A stretch of 63,269 nt of DNA, filler included, from a bacterium (GTDB lineage Bacteria; JBDRGX01), in the NCBI GenBank assembly GCA_043817485.1. It is 5 parts of 5 records of this genome, joined end to end, with 100 filler letters (N's around TTAATTAATTAA, not from the genome) between each part and the next. Parts side by side here need not be neighbours in the genome. Positions count along the whole stretch, not along the records: positions 1 to 3,675 come from JBDRGX010000065.1; positions 3,776 to 19,711 come from JBDRGX010000066.1; 3 more parts are not named here. The stretch is one strand, 5' to 3'. The position numbers and the translations under genes were made by a program. Below the pieces are notes generated by a model that saw nothing but the letters and a program-made list of their open reading frames with translations, did no database searches and was not told where the DNA came from. This document shows, one piece after another, positions 1 to 10,602 of this stretch; the stretch's first letter is position 1, and every line of letters starts with the position of its first letter.

Positions 1-963
1 TCTCAAATTCCTCAAATAAATATTTGGTATTGGCCTGAAAATAAAAGAATTGCTTTTGCTCAAAGAATAGATGTTGATACTTTAGATATATTAAATCATT
101 ATCAAGAATTAATTGATTTTTGTGAAAAATACAAAATAAAAATGTCTTTATTTTTAAATATATTTGTTTTATTTTATGATAAAAAAAAATTAGATAAAAT
201 TATTCCAATGTTAAAATTTATTAAAAAACATGATCATTTAATAGGAATTCATGGAGTAACTAAAGAATTATCTCATGAATTATGGGGATGTTCTATTAAT
301 AAATTATCAAAAAAAAATATAAAAAATATGCTTGAAGAAAGTATTCAATCTTTAAAAAAGTTTTTAAACATTGAATGTAAATCATTTTCTCCTCCAGAAG
401 AAAATGCTAATGAAAGAGTATTTGAAATGTCTGTAAAAAGTAAATTAAATACAATTAGTTGTGGAAATATTGGTTGTGATGGACTTCCTTATTTTTGTAT
501 TGGTTCCAAAAAAGAATATAAATTGCTTAATATTCCTAATTCAATAGCTGATTTATATGAAGAAGCAAATTTACCTTTAGATTTTTATAAAAATGCTATT
601 TTGAAAAAGTGGAATACTGGAGGGTTTTCTTGTTTATATTTTCATCCAGATTATTTTGAAAATTATAAACAAAATATTGTTGAGTTATGGGAATATGTAG
701 ATAATTTAGAAATGGTTTGGAAAGCAAATTTTAATGAAATTACAGAATGGTGGAAGAAAAGAGATAAAATAGAATTTAATTATAAAATAGAAGATAATAC
801 AATTTACATTAATACAAATAATAATTTTTCTGTATCTTTTGCTATTTATCAAAATGAAAAAGATTATAAAATAAAAATAAATGGAAAAGAAATACAAAAT
901 CAAAATAAAGAAAAAATAGATTTTATAAATACAACATTAGTTTGGGAAAAAAATCAAAAATAA
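1..963 (+). CDS. Polysaccharide deacetylase-family protein (5'-partial)
   Basis: Frame is open from base 1: WYWP..RIDVD, IGIHGVTK and YFHPD motifs of NodB-like deacetylases. Confidence 0.7.
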   Translation, partial: SQIPQINIWYWPENKRIAFAQRIDVDTLDILNHYQELIDFCEKYKIKMSLFLNIFVLFYDKKKLDKIIPMLKFIKKHDHLIGIHGVTKELSHELWGCSINKLSKKNIKNMLEESIQSLKKFLNIECKSFSPPEENANERVFEMSVKSKLNTISCGNIGCDGLPYFCIGSKKEYKLLNIPNSIADLYEEANLPLDFYKNAILKKWNTGGFSCLYFHPDYFENYKQNIVELWEYVDNLEMVWKANFNEITEWWKKRDKIEFNYKIEDNTIYINTNNNFSVSFAIYQNEKDYKIKINGKEIQNQNKEKIDFINTTLVWEKNQK

Positions 964-2422
964 AATAACTTTAATTTTAATAATAAGTGTTTTTATTTAT
1001 ATTTTAACTTTTACTATTTTATCAATATTAAGATATCATGTTTATAGAAGTGGGGCATTAGATTTAGGTTTATATTCTCAATGTATTTGGAGTGTTTTAC
1101 AAGGAAAACTTTTATGGACTTCTGTTGTTTGGGGATCAAGTTATTTTGCTTCTCATATTTCTCCTATTTTATTTTTGTTTTCTCCGATGTATCTTATTTG
1201 GAATGATCCTCAAATGGCTTTGATTTTTCAAACAATTGCTTTAGCAATAGGTGCTTTTCCTATTTATTGGATTACAAAAAAAATTTTTAAAAGTGATTTA
1301 TCTGGCTTATGTTTTGCTCTTTGTTATTTATTTTATCCCGGTCTTCAATATGCAAATCTTTTTGATTTGCATCCTGTTGTTTTTGCAACTCCATTTTTCT
1401 TATTTGCTTTACATTATTTATTTGAGAAAAAATATAGTTTATTTTTAATTTTTACTTTACTTACAATGATGTGTCGAGAAGATGTTTGTTTAGTTACATT
1501 AATATTTGGATTGTGTTTATTTTTATCTAATTATAAAAAAAATAAAACAGAAAAAAATTTAGGGCTATTTCTTTTTTTATTTTCTTTTTTATGGTTATTT
1601 ATTTCTTTTAAATTTGTTATTCCTTATTTTTGGGCACAAGCAGATTCTGTTTATTCTAAATTAGAAGATACATATTTATGTAGATATAATTATTTGGGCT
1701 CAAGTTATGGAGAAATAGTAAAAAATATTTTTTTACATCCTTTTTTAGTTTTAAAACACCTTTTAACTTTTTCTAAAATAAAACATTTTATGATTATTTT
1801 TTCTCCATTAGCATTTATTCCTTTGTTAAGTATTAAAAATATAATTATAATTATACCTGTTTTATTGATGAATTTTTTAAGCGATGATTTAACAATGTAT
1901 GCAGTATGTTTTTATCATAGAATTTGTGCTTTTCTTCCAATTGTATTTATGGGATTAATTGAAGGATTAAGTTTTATTAAACAAAAATATAAATTTGAAA
2001 AATTACCTATTTTTGTTTTAGCCATTTGTATTATAAACAATATTTTATTTGGACCTTCTCCTATTTCCTTAAGATTTCATCCAGATAAATATATAATAAC
2101 AAAACATCATAAAAAAATTGATGAAATATCAAAATTAATACCTGTTAATGCTTCAGTTTCAGCAAGTAATAAAATCGGCTCTCATCTTTCGCATAGAGAA
2201 ATACTTTATATTTTTCCTATGTGTTGGAAAAATGTAGATTATATTTTTGTTGATTTATCTACAGAAGAAGATAGAGAGCAACAAGAAAAAATAATAAAAG
2301 ATTTAATTATAAAAAATGAGTATAAAATTTTAGTAAAACAAGGAGATATTTTTTTATTAAAAAGACATTCTATGTCAAGACATTTTATGTCAGGACATTC
2401 TGTCAGGGGAGTAAGTAAATGA
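942..2422 (+). CDS. DUF2079-type multi-pass membrane protein (GT-C-like); true start probably lost to an A-run slip near 947-953
   Basis: The frame of ORF 1175-2422 stays open back to 941 and contains DLGLYSQ, H(I)SP, DLHP and REDV motifs. The TTG at 942 is one base out of frame. Confidence 0.7.
2364..2406 (+). repeat. Tandem array of GACATTCT(AT)GTC palindromic units
   Basis: Three units: gacattctatgtcaa, gacattttatgtcag, gacattctgtcag. The same motif occurs at 24754-24815. Confidence 0.85.
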
Positions 2423-3429
2423 TTAATATAGGTGTTATTGGTTATGGACATTGGGGCAAAAATCATATTCGAGTTTTTAATCAATTTTCTAATTCTCAAG
2501 TATTATTTTGTGCAGATATAAATAAAAAGAATTTTGATAAAATAGAAGAGGTATTTCCTAATATAAAAACAACGCAAAATTATAATGATTTATTAGAAAA
2601 TAAAGAAATAGATGCTATAGTTATATCTACTTCAAGTTCAACACATTATGAAATTGCCAAAGAAAGTTTATTAAAAAACAAAGATGTATTAGTTGAAAAA
2701 CCTTTAACTCTTACTGTACAAGAAAGTGAAGAACTTATATCTTTAGCAGAAGAAAAACAAAAAATTTTAATGGTTGGACATACTTTTTTGTATAATTCAG
2801 CTATTCTTAAAATGAAAGAATATTTTTTAAACAAGGAATTAGGAGAAATTTATTATCTTCATTCTATTCGTACTCATTTAGGTTTAATTAGAGAGGATGT
2901 TAATTGTGTTTATGATTTAGCAACTCATGATATTTCAATTTTTTCTTATTTATTAGAATCGCAACCTAATGCTGTAAGTGCTGTAGGAGGATGTTATTTA
3001 AAAGAAAATAGGGAAGATATTGCTTTTATTACTCTTTTTTATTCTCAAAACAAAATTGGAAATATTCATGTAAGTTGGATAAATGCAAATAAAGAAAGAC
3101 AATTAACAGTAGTTGGTAGTAAAAAAAGGATTGTTTTTAATGACCTTGATAATTTAGAAAAAATACGAATATTTGAAAAAGGAATTTGTCTTGAAAAAAC
3201 ATCTTGTGGAGATTTTGGAGAATTTCAACTTTTACTTAGAGATGGAGATATTATTAGCCCTAAAATAGAAATTTCAGAACCACTCAAAAAACAAAATCAA
3301 CATTTTTTAGATTGTATTCAAAATAGAAAAAAACCATTAACTGATGGAAAAAATGGTTTGGATGTAATAAAAGTTTTAGTAGCTATAGAAAAATCCCTTA
3401 AACAAAATGGAGCATATACGAAAATATAA
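2419..3429 (+). CDS. Gfo/Idh/MocA family oxidoreductase (nucleotide-sugar pathway)
   Basis: GVIGYGHWG Rossmann motif, VLVEKP, DLATHD. Confidence 0.9.
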   Translation: MINIGVIGYGHWGKNHIRVFNQFSNSQVLFCADINKKNFDKIEEVFPNIKTTQNYNDLLENKEIDAIVISTSSSTHYEIAKESLLKNKDVLVEKPLTLTVQESEELISLAEEKQKILMVGHTFLYNSAILKMKEYFLNKELGEIYYLHSIRTHLGLIREDVNCVYDLATHDISIFSYLLESQPNAVSAVGGCYLKENREDIAFITLFYSQNKIGNIHVSWINANKERQLTVVGSKKRIVFNDLDNLEKIRIFEKGICLEKTSCGDFGEFQLLLRDGDIISPKIEISEPLKKQNQHFLDCIQNRKKPLTDGKNGLDVIKVLVAIEKSLKQNGAYTKI

Positions 3430-3534
3430 TAATTTTGTAAACGAAACGAATTGAAATGTTTATGATTTTAAATTAAAAATATAAAATTCCCCAATCCAAA
3501 ATTTCAATACTTTTTTTTGGTAAAGGCGAACGCC

Positions 3535-3653
3535 CAGACTGTGTCATAATTCAATTTCACGGCAATTGTTTTACAACATAAAGTGGTAGGTTTCCACAAA
3601 ACCACAATATGTTATGGTATGGATGTCTAGATTTAGAGTTATGACACAGTCTC
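3535..3653. mobile_element. MITE-like element with 14-bp perfect terminal inverted repeat
   Basis: AGACTGTGTCATAA ... TTATGACACAGTCT; no ORF; left flank is the REP half gtaaaggcgaacgcc. Confidence 0.8.
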
Positions 3654-3675
3654 ATAGATGATCATTTTAAAAATA

Positions 3676-3775
3676 NNNNNNNNNNNNNNNNNNNNNNNNN
3701 NNNNNNNNNNNNNNNNNNNTTAATTAATTAANNNNNNNNNNNNNNNNNNNNNNNNNNNNNNNNNNNNNNNNNNNN
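3676..3775. other. Artificial contig linker
   Basis: N-run around TTAATTAATTAA (stops in all six frames). Confidence 0.98.
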
Positions 3776-3776
3776 A

Positions 3777-5417
3777 AAATTTAGTGATTTAGAAACATCT
3801 ATTATCATAAAAGATCATATTATTGATATTAAAAAATTGGATGTTTATAATAAAGAAATTTACAAAATAAAAGCAAGTGGCTTAATTCCAATAGGAGAAA
3901 AAATTAACAAAGAAAAAATGAATTTAGAAATACAGATTCCAAATAATTTTCTTTCTGTTTTAAATACATCTATAGATGAAATTACTAAAACATCTTGTAC
4001 AGGGAAAAATGAACTTAAAATATATATAAATGGTTTTATGAATGATCCTAAAATTTATGGTCATATTTTAATTTCAAAAGGAAATATAGAATTTACATCT
4101 TTTATTAAACCAATTAAAAATCTTATGTTAGATTTAGTTTTAGATGAAAATAAAGTATATATAAATAAATTAGAAGGAAATATAGAAAAAGGATATTTTC
4201 AAGTAGTAAAATATCAACCAGGGCCTAATTTTGTACTAAAAGAATCTAAAATAGAAAATTTTGCCATAGGTATTATTACAGATATTAAAAATGGCATAAG
4301 AGTAAATATTCCCGGTTATATGAAAAAAAATGAATGGGGAAATGTAATTATCAGTGGACGAGAAAAAGGAAAACCATTTATTATCACAGAATCTTTATTA
4401 GAAGGTAATTTAATTTTATCAAAAGGTAAATTTACTTTTCCTCCTATTTTTGAAAAAAAAGAAAGCAGCAACAAAGAAAATATTTTCGAAAGAATGAATA
4501 TAAATGTTAAACTAAAAACAGGAAAAGGATTATGGTATGAAAGAAGTTGGCCAGGAATAGAATTTATGTGTGAAGCAAAAGGTGAGATAGAAATCCAACA
4601 ACAAAAAAAACAAATAAAAATTGTTGGAGAAGTAGAAGCAATTCCAAACAGAAGTTTTTTAAAATACTTAAATACATTTTTTAAAATTAAAAAAGGGAAA
4701 ATTAAATTTCCTTATACAGATGGAGAAATAGAATCTTTAATAAATTTTTCTGCTGAAACTACTGTAAAAAATGTTGTTAAAAAAAATGAATTAGATCAAA
4801 AAATAGAAAAATTTGATTGTACTATTTTTGTTTTTGTAAAAGAATGTAATCTTTTGCAATTTAATAGTAATAACTTAATTATAAATTCAAATCCTCAATT
4901 AGATTTAGACTATGAAAAAAATAAAGAAAAAATTTCAGCTCTTCTTACATTAGGAGAAATAAATATTACAATGGCTCCTAATCAATTTTTCAATGTTCTT
5001 ACTATGCTCATAGAAGAAAAAATAGGGAAACCAATTACTAACATAGAACCACAAATTAAGTCGTTTTTAAATATAGATGTGCTTCAATTTAAAATGGGTT
5101 TTTTGGATAAAATAATAGAAAAAACATTAATGGATACTACTAATAATAAATTTAAACCTAATATAGAACAAAATAAAGATGTTCAAATTGTTTTTGGAAA
5201 ATATGCTGGAGATATTTACATTTCATATAAAGTAAATATTGCAGATAATTCATTAGAAGGAAAAAAAACAGAAATTTTGCAAAAATATGGCCAAGAAATT
5301 AATATAGAATATGAACTTACTACTCGCACTTTAATTAAATGGGAATGGATTAACAACTTAGGAAAAGAAAAAAAAGATGAATATAGAATTGGACTTGAAT
5401 ATAGAGAAACTTTTTAA
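3777..5417 (+). CDS. TamB/AsmA-like (DUF490-type) protein, 5'-partial
   Basis: Frame is open from the contig start. Beta-rich; C-terminal 'FGKY..DIYISY...IGLEYRETF' resembles the TamB C-terminus. Confidence 0.6.
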   Translation, partial: KFSDLETSIIIKDHIIDIKKLDVYNKEIYKIKASGLIPIGEKINKEKMNLEIQIPNNFLSVLNTSIDEITKTSCTGKNELKIYINGFMNDPKIYGHILISKGNIEFTSFIKPIKNLMLDLVLDENKVYINKLEGNIEKGYFQVVKYQPGPNFVLKESKIENFAIGIITDIKNGIRVNIPGYMKKNEWGNVIISGREKGKPFIITESLLEGNLILSKGKFTFPPIFEKKESSNKENIFERMNINVKLKTGKGLWYERSWPGIEFMCEAKGEIEIQQQKKQIKIVGEVEAIPNRSFLKYLNTFFKIKKGKIKFPYTDGEIESLINFSAETTVKNVVKKNELDQKIEKFDCTIFVFVKECNLLQFNSNNLIINSNPQLDLDYEKNKEKISALLTLGEINITMAPNQFFNVLTMLIEEKIGKPITNIEPQIKSFLNIDVLQFKMGFLDKIIEKTLMDTTNNKFKPNIEQNKDVQIVFGKYAGDIYISYKVNIADNSLEGKKTEILQKYGQEINIEYELTTRTLIKWEWINNLGKEKKDEYRIGLEYRETF

Positions 5418-5470
5418 TTTATAATAAGAAGAAGCGAGGATTCAAGGGGTCAAGAAAAGAAAAATAAAAG

Positions 5471-5519
5471 AATTCCACCCCCTGTCCTAACGGACACCCC
5501 CCCGCCCAAGCGGGGGACA
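5471..5519. repeat. GC-rich REP-like double hairpin
   Basis: aattccaccccctgtcctaacggacacccccccgcccaagcgggggaca; near-identical reverse complement at 43987-44031; lies between convergent genes. Confidence 0.8.
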
Positions 5520-5587
5520 AAAAGAAAAGTTCAAGAGGCTGAAAAACCCTTAAATCCTTAATTGTTATTTTGTATTCGAAATTCTTT

Positions 5588-7228
5588 TTATAAAATCTGT
5601 TTAATTTTAAAATGTATCTTAGCTAAAGAAAGTTTTTCCATAAAATCTTTTCCTTCACCAAACCCAAAAACTAAACTTAAAATTCCAATTTTAGTTTTTT
5701 GTTTTATCCCGCAACCATATCCCGATCTTATAATACAAGATAAAGGTTCATAGACATAACCTGTATCCCAAAACATAAAAAAAGGTTCTTTTAAATATTC
5801 TACAGTAAAAACACTTGTAGTAATTCCTCTAAATTGTCCTTCTCTAAAACCTCTTAAATTTACTGCACCACCTAATTTAAAATATTCGGATAAAAAAACT
5901 TTTTTTTGTTTTGGTATAAGATATGAAGAAAATAATAATCTAAACATCATTGTTGAATTAAGAACAGAGAAAAAATATATTTCTTCATTTATTATTTTTT
6001 TTCTAAAATCAGTTTCTTTTTCTAATTTTCTTTTTTCTATATCAAAATTAATTTCTGCTTTAACTCCAGAATTAGCCATAAATAAATCATTTAAAGAATT
6101 ATAAAATAAAGTAATACCTGTAATATCTTTTTTTATTTTTATATCTTCATCAATTATTTTTTCATTTCCATATCTAAATTTTATTTTTGAATAAGCTAAC
6201 AAATCAAATCCTAATCCAAATTCTTTTTTAATTTGTTTTAATTCTTGTTCCTCATAAATAAAATAATTTCCACTAAATTCGATTGGAAAAAATAAACCAG
6301 TATGAATATTTAAAAAAAAAGTTTTACTTAAAGAATTTTTTTCAAAAAAATAAGAATTTTGTTCTCCTCTTCCTAAAATATTGCTAATCATTAAATTTAA
6401 TGAACCGTAAAAATTTTTTTGATTATTTCCAATTAACCCATCAAAAGATCCTAAATGTTTTTCTTCAATCAAAAAATCTAAATTTACTAAATTATTTTTT
6501 TCATCAAAATTTATTTTATGATCTTTTAAAAAAACAATAGAAGATTTTTCTAAAAGTTTAATTGATTCATTAAATTTATAAATTTTAAAAATTTCGCCAG
6601 ATTTAATTTTTATTATTTTTGTAATAGTTGAATTTTTTGTTTTTTTATTTCCAACAATATTTATTTGTCCAATTTTGGGAGGGTCGCCTTTATTAATAAG
6701 TAAAATGCAAGAGATTGTACCTGTGCTTTTATTTAAACAAAAATTACCTAATGTTATTTTTGTATTTAAAAATCCTTGTTTTTTATACCATTCTATAATA
6801 TTTTTTATATCTTTTTCTAATTGATAATCAAAAAATATATTATCTTTTTTGCTCTCTATTAAGAGACGAATTTTTTTTTCTTCTTGTAAAGAAACTCCTT
6901 CAATTATTATTTTTTCTATAACAAAACAAGGGCCTTCTTTAAATAATAAAGTAATTATTTCATTATTTTTTTGTATATCAATATTTGTAAGCAAATATCC
7001 TTTTTCTTTGTATAAAAAAAGAATTTTTTTAACTGCTAAATTAATAGATTCAAGCGTATTTTCTTTAGAAAAGTAATTTTGAAGATATGATGAGGTAAAA
7101 ACTTTATTTTCTTTAAATTCAATATTTAATGAATAAAAATAGGTTGGAAAAAAACAAATAATAAAAACAAAAAATTTAATTATTTTTCCCAAATTTTTGG
7201 CAATTTTCCATGTTTTTTTAAAATACAA
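5588..7228 (-). CDS. Omp85 (BamA/TamA)-family outer membrane protein
   Basis: POTRA-like repeats (YKEKGY, IVGNKKTK) and barrel motif LGGAVNLRGFREGQF. Confidence 0.8.
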   Translation of the reverse strand: MYFKKTWKIAKNLGKIIKFFVFIICFFPTYFYSLNIEFKENKVFTSSYLQNYFSKENTLESINLAVKKILFLYKEKGYLLTNIDIQKNNEIITLLFKEGPCFVIEKIIIEGVSLQEEKKIRLLIESKKDNIFFDYQLEKDIKNIIEWYKKQGFLNTKITLGNFCLNKSTGTISCILLINKGDPPKIGQINIVGNKKTKNSTITKIIKIKSGEIFKIYKFNESIKLLEKSSIVFLKDHKINFDEKNNLVNLDFLIEEKHLGSFDGLIGNNQKNFYGSLNLMISNILGRGEQNSYFFEKNSLSKTFFLNIHTGLFFPIEFSGNYFIYEEQELKQIKKEFGLGFDLLAYSKIKFRYGNEKIIDEDIKIKKDITGITLFYNSLNDLFMANSGVKAEINFDIEKRKLEKETDFRKKIINEEIYFFSVLNSTMMFRLLFSSYLIPKQKKVFLSEYFKLGGAVNLRGFREGQFRGITTSVFTVEYLKEPFFMFWDTGYVYEPLSCIIRSGYGCGIKQKTKIGILSLVFGFGEGKDFMEKLSLAKIHFKIKQIL

Positions 7229-8101
7229 AAAATTTCATTTCTCATTGTAATAGCAGATTCTCGAGATGCTAAATAAAATTCTTTTTGACTATAATTAGAA
7301 TTCATATAAGCAAAAATTATACTTCTGGAAGCATTAATTAAAGCTCCATATCCATCATCATTAAAACAAGGGATTATATTTTTTGCATTAGCACCTTGTG
7401 TCCCATATCCAGGCACTAAAAAAAAAATTGTTGGGCATTATACATCTTAATGCTTTTGCATCTTCAGAATGTGTAGCTCCAACTACTGCTCCTATACAAG
7501 AATATTTTTTTTCCCCTTTTAAATCTTTTCCAATTTTATCAATATATTCTGCTATTTTTTCATAAATTTTTTTACCATTTGAAGTAATTTGATCTTGTAT
7601 TTCAACAGAAGAAGGATTAGAAGTTTTAACTAAAATAAATATTCCTTTATTTCGTTTTTCGCAAACTTCTATAAAAGGAGATATACTATCACTACCAAGA
7701 TATGGATTAATAGTTATAAAATCTACTTCAAAATCAGAAGAAGAATACGCCAAAGCATATGCTTTGGCGGTATTTCCTATATCCCCTCGTTTTACATCTC
7801 CTATAACCATCAATCCATTTTCTTTAGCATATTTTATTGTTTCTTTAAAAGCTTTTAATCCTTCAATTCCATATTGTTCATAAAACGCTATTTGTATTTT
7901 TACTGCTGGAACAATATCTTTTATTGCATCTATAGTCAATTTATTAAATTCTATAATTGTGTCTTTAATTCCCTCAAAAAAAATTCCTTTTCTTTTTTTT
8001 AAAAAATCTGGTATTTTATCAAAATCTGAATCTAAACCTACAATACAAGGATTTTTTTTTTGATCAATAGACAAAATTAGTCTATCTATTATATTTTCCA
8101 T
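7180..8101 (-). CDS. pyrF: Orotidine-5'-phosphate decarboxylase, frameshifted at the A10 run 7418-7427
   Basis: [22 protein letters not shown]. Removing one base joins [10 protein letters not shown]...INASRSII. Confidence 0.92.
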
Positions 8102-10196
8102 TTATTTAAATAATACATTTTTAACTACAAAAGAAGCAAAAACTAATGATACTGTAGACATCAATTTAATTAAAATGTTTATTGCTGGACCAGAAGTATC
8201 TTTAAAAGGATCTCCAACAGTATCTCCTATTACAGCAGCTTTATGAGAGAAAGATCCTTTTCCACCATGTTCTCCACCTTCTATAAATTTTTTAGCATTG
8301 TCCCAAATACCACCAGTATTAGCCATCATTATAGCCAAAACAAAACCAGAACATGTAGCACCTAATAATAAACCAATAACAGTTTCTACGCCAAAAATAC
8401 ATCCAGTTAAAACTGGAACAATAATAGCCATAAGCGATGGAATAATCATTTCTTTTTGAGAAAATTTAGTACCAATATCTACACATTTTATATAATCTGG
8501 CTCTGCTTTATTTTCCATAATTCCAACAATTTCTTTAAATTGTCTTCTTACTTCTATAACAATTTGTTGTGCTGCTCTTCCTACTGCTTGCATTGTTAAA
8601 GCAGAAAAAACAAAAGGTAACATAGCACCAATAAATAAACCAAAAATTATTTTAGGATTAAGCAAAGATAAATTTAATTGAGTACAACCAAGTAAAGCTA
8701 CTTGATTTTTATAAGCAGCAATTAAAGCTAATGCTGTTAAAGCTGCAGAACCAATAGCAAAACCTTTTCCTGTAGCTGCAGTTGTATTTCCTAATGAATC
8801 TAAAGCATCTGTTTTTTCTCTAACACTTGGATCTAAATGAGCCATTTCAGCATTTCCACCAGCATTATCTGCTACTGGACCATAAGCATCTGTTGCTAAA
8901 GTAATTCCTAATGTACTTAACATTGCAACTGCTGCTATAGATATTCCATACAAACCAAGATTAAAATTAGTGGCTCCACCAGAGCAAAAAAAAACTAATA
9001 AGAATAACTATTCCAACTGTCAATACTGGAATAACTGTTGAAAGCATCCCAGTAGCCAAACCACTAATAAGTAAAGTAGCTGGACCTGTTTTAGATGCAT
9101 CAGCCACTTTTTTAGTAGGAGAATAAGTATGTGAAGTAAAATATTCTGTAGATAAACCAATAATAACACCAGAAATAAGACCACTTAAAATACTAATATA
9201 AATTCCTAAATATTCAATACCTAAAACCATTTTTATTAAAAAATATGCACCTATAGCCACTAAAATTGAACTTACAAAAACACCTCTTCTTAAAGCACCA
9301 AGTAATGTTCCTTGTGAAGCATTTTCAGAAGTTTTAACAAAAAAAGTTCCAATTATAGAAGATATAATTCCAAATCCAGCAAGCAACAAAGGAAATATTG
9401 CTCCTTTATAAGAAAGTCCTGTTACTACAGACAAAGCTATTGCTGCAATAATTGATCCTAAATAAGATTCATAAAGATCTGCTCCCATTCCAGCAACATC
9501 ACCAACATTATCACCAACATTATCAGCAATAACAGCTGGATTTCTCGGATCATCTTCTGGAATACCAGCTTCTAATTTACCTACAAGATCTGCTCCTACA
9601 TCAGCAGCTTTTGTAAAAATTCCTCCACCTACACGAGCAAATAAAGCAACAAAACTTGCTCCCATTGCTTGACATAACATTACATTTGCTATTGATTGAA
9701 TTTTTGCATTAGTTTCTAAATTACGATAATACCAACTTAAAAGATTGAACCAAAAATTCAAATCAATAAGTGCAAAGCCAACAACACATAATCCCATTAC
9801 AGCACCACTTGAAAAAGCAATTTTCAAACCTTTACTTAAACTTGTTCTACAAGCATTAGTAGTTCGCACACTTGATTTTGTTGCAATATTCATTCCAAGA
9901 AAACCAGCAAGTGCAGACCAAAAACCACCAGTTATAAAAGCAAATGGAACAAAAAAAGTTATATAATCATTTAAAGCCAAAACCATTAAAATAGTAAAAA
10001 CAATACCAAAAATTATAGATACTGTGCGATATTGTCTTTTCAAAAAAGCCATAGACCCTTCTCTTACAGCTTTTGCTATTTTTTTCATTTCTAAAGTACC
10101 TTCATCCTGTTTTAATATATAAGACGCTAAAAAAAATGCAGTTCCTAAAGCTAAAACAGGACAAATAAAAATAAATACTAAATTCCAATCTATCAT
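8102..10196 (-). CDS. hppA: Membrane-bound K+-dependent (likely Na+-translocating) pyrophosphatase, frameshifted at the A9 run 8986-8994
   Basis: [38 protein letters not shown] signature (Ala = K+-dependent). Confidence 0.92.
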
Positions 10197-10602
10197 TCCA
10201 AAGCCTCCTTTTAAATTAATAAAAAATTATTTTTTTTAAAAGAATTCTATTGAAATAGTTTATTTTTGTCAATAAATATTAACTAATTTATTTATTTTTG
10301 TTTTTTAATTTAAACTTATTTTTTAATCAATTTGTTTAAAATTCACATACAAATATTGTATTTAATTATTGACAATAATACATTAAGTTATATATATTTT
10401 TTCCATATTAAAATAAATTTTCAATTTAAAATTTTCAATAAATGCAAATGTTTCTACCAATATTCCGTTCCTAAAGAAACAAATTAAATAAAATACAATA
10501 TTTCTACAAAACATTGTAATATTGTAGAAACAGGGGCTTGTCCCTGTCCTTTGTAGTTCGAAGTACGGATAACCGCTTTACAAGAAAATATAAAAATAAC
10601 AT

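Noticed and set aside
2364-2406. Tandem palindromes as a CRISPR array
   Set aside because: Units are 13-16 bp with no spacers, and no cas genes are in the window.
3676-3775. Recurrent TTAATTAATTAA palindrome
   Set aside because: Always centred in N-runs; an artificial six-frame-stop linker. ORFs running into X residues are truncated by it.
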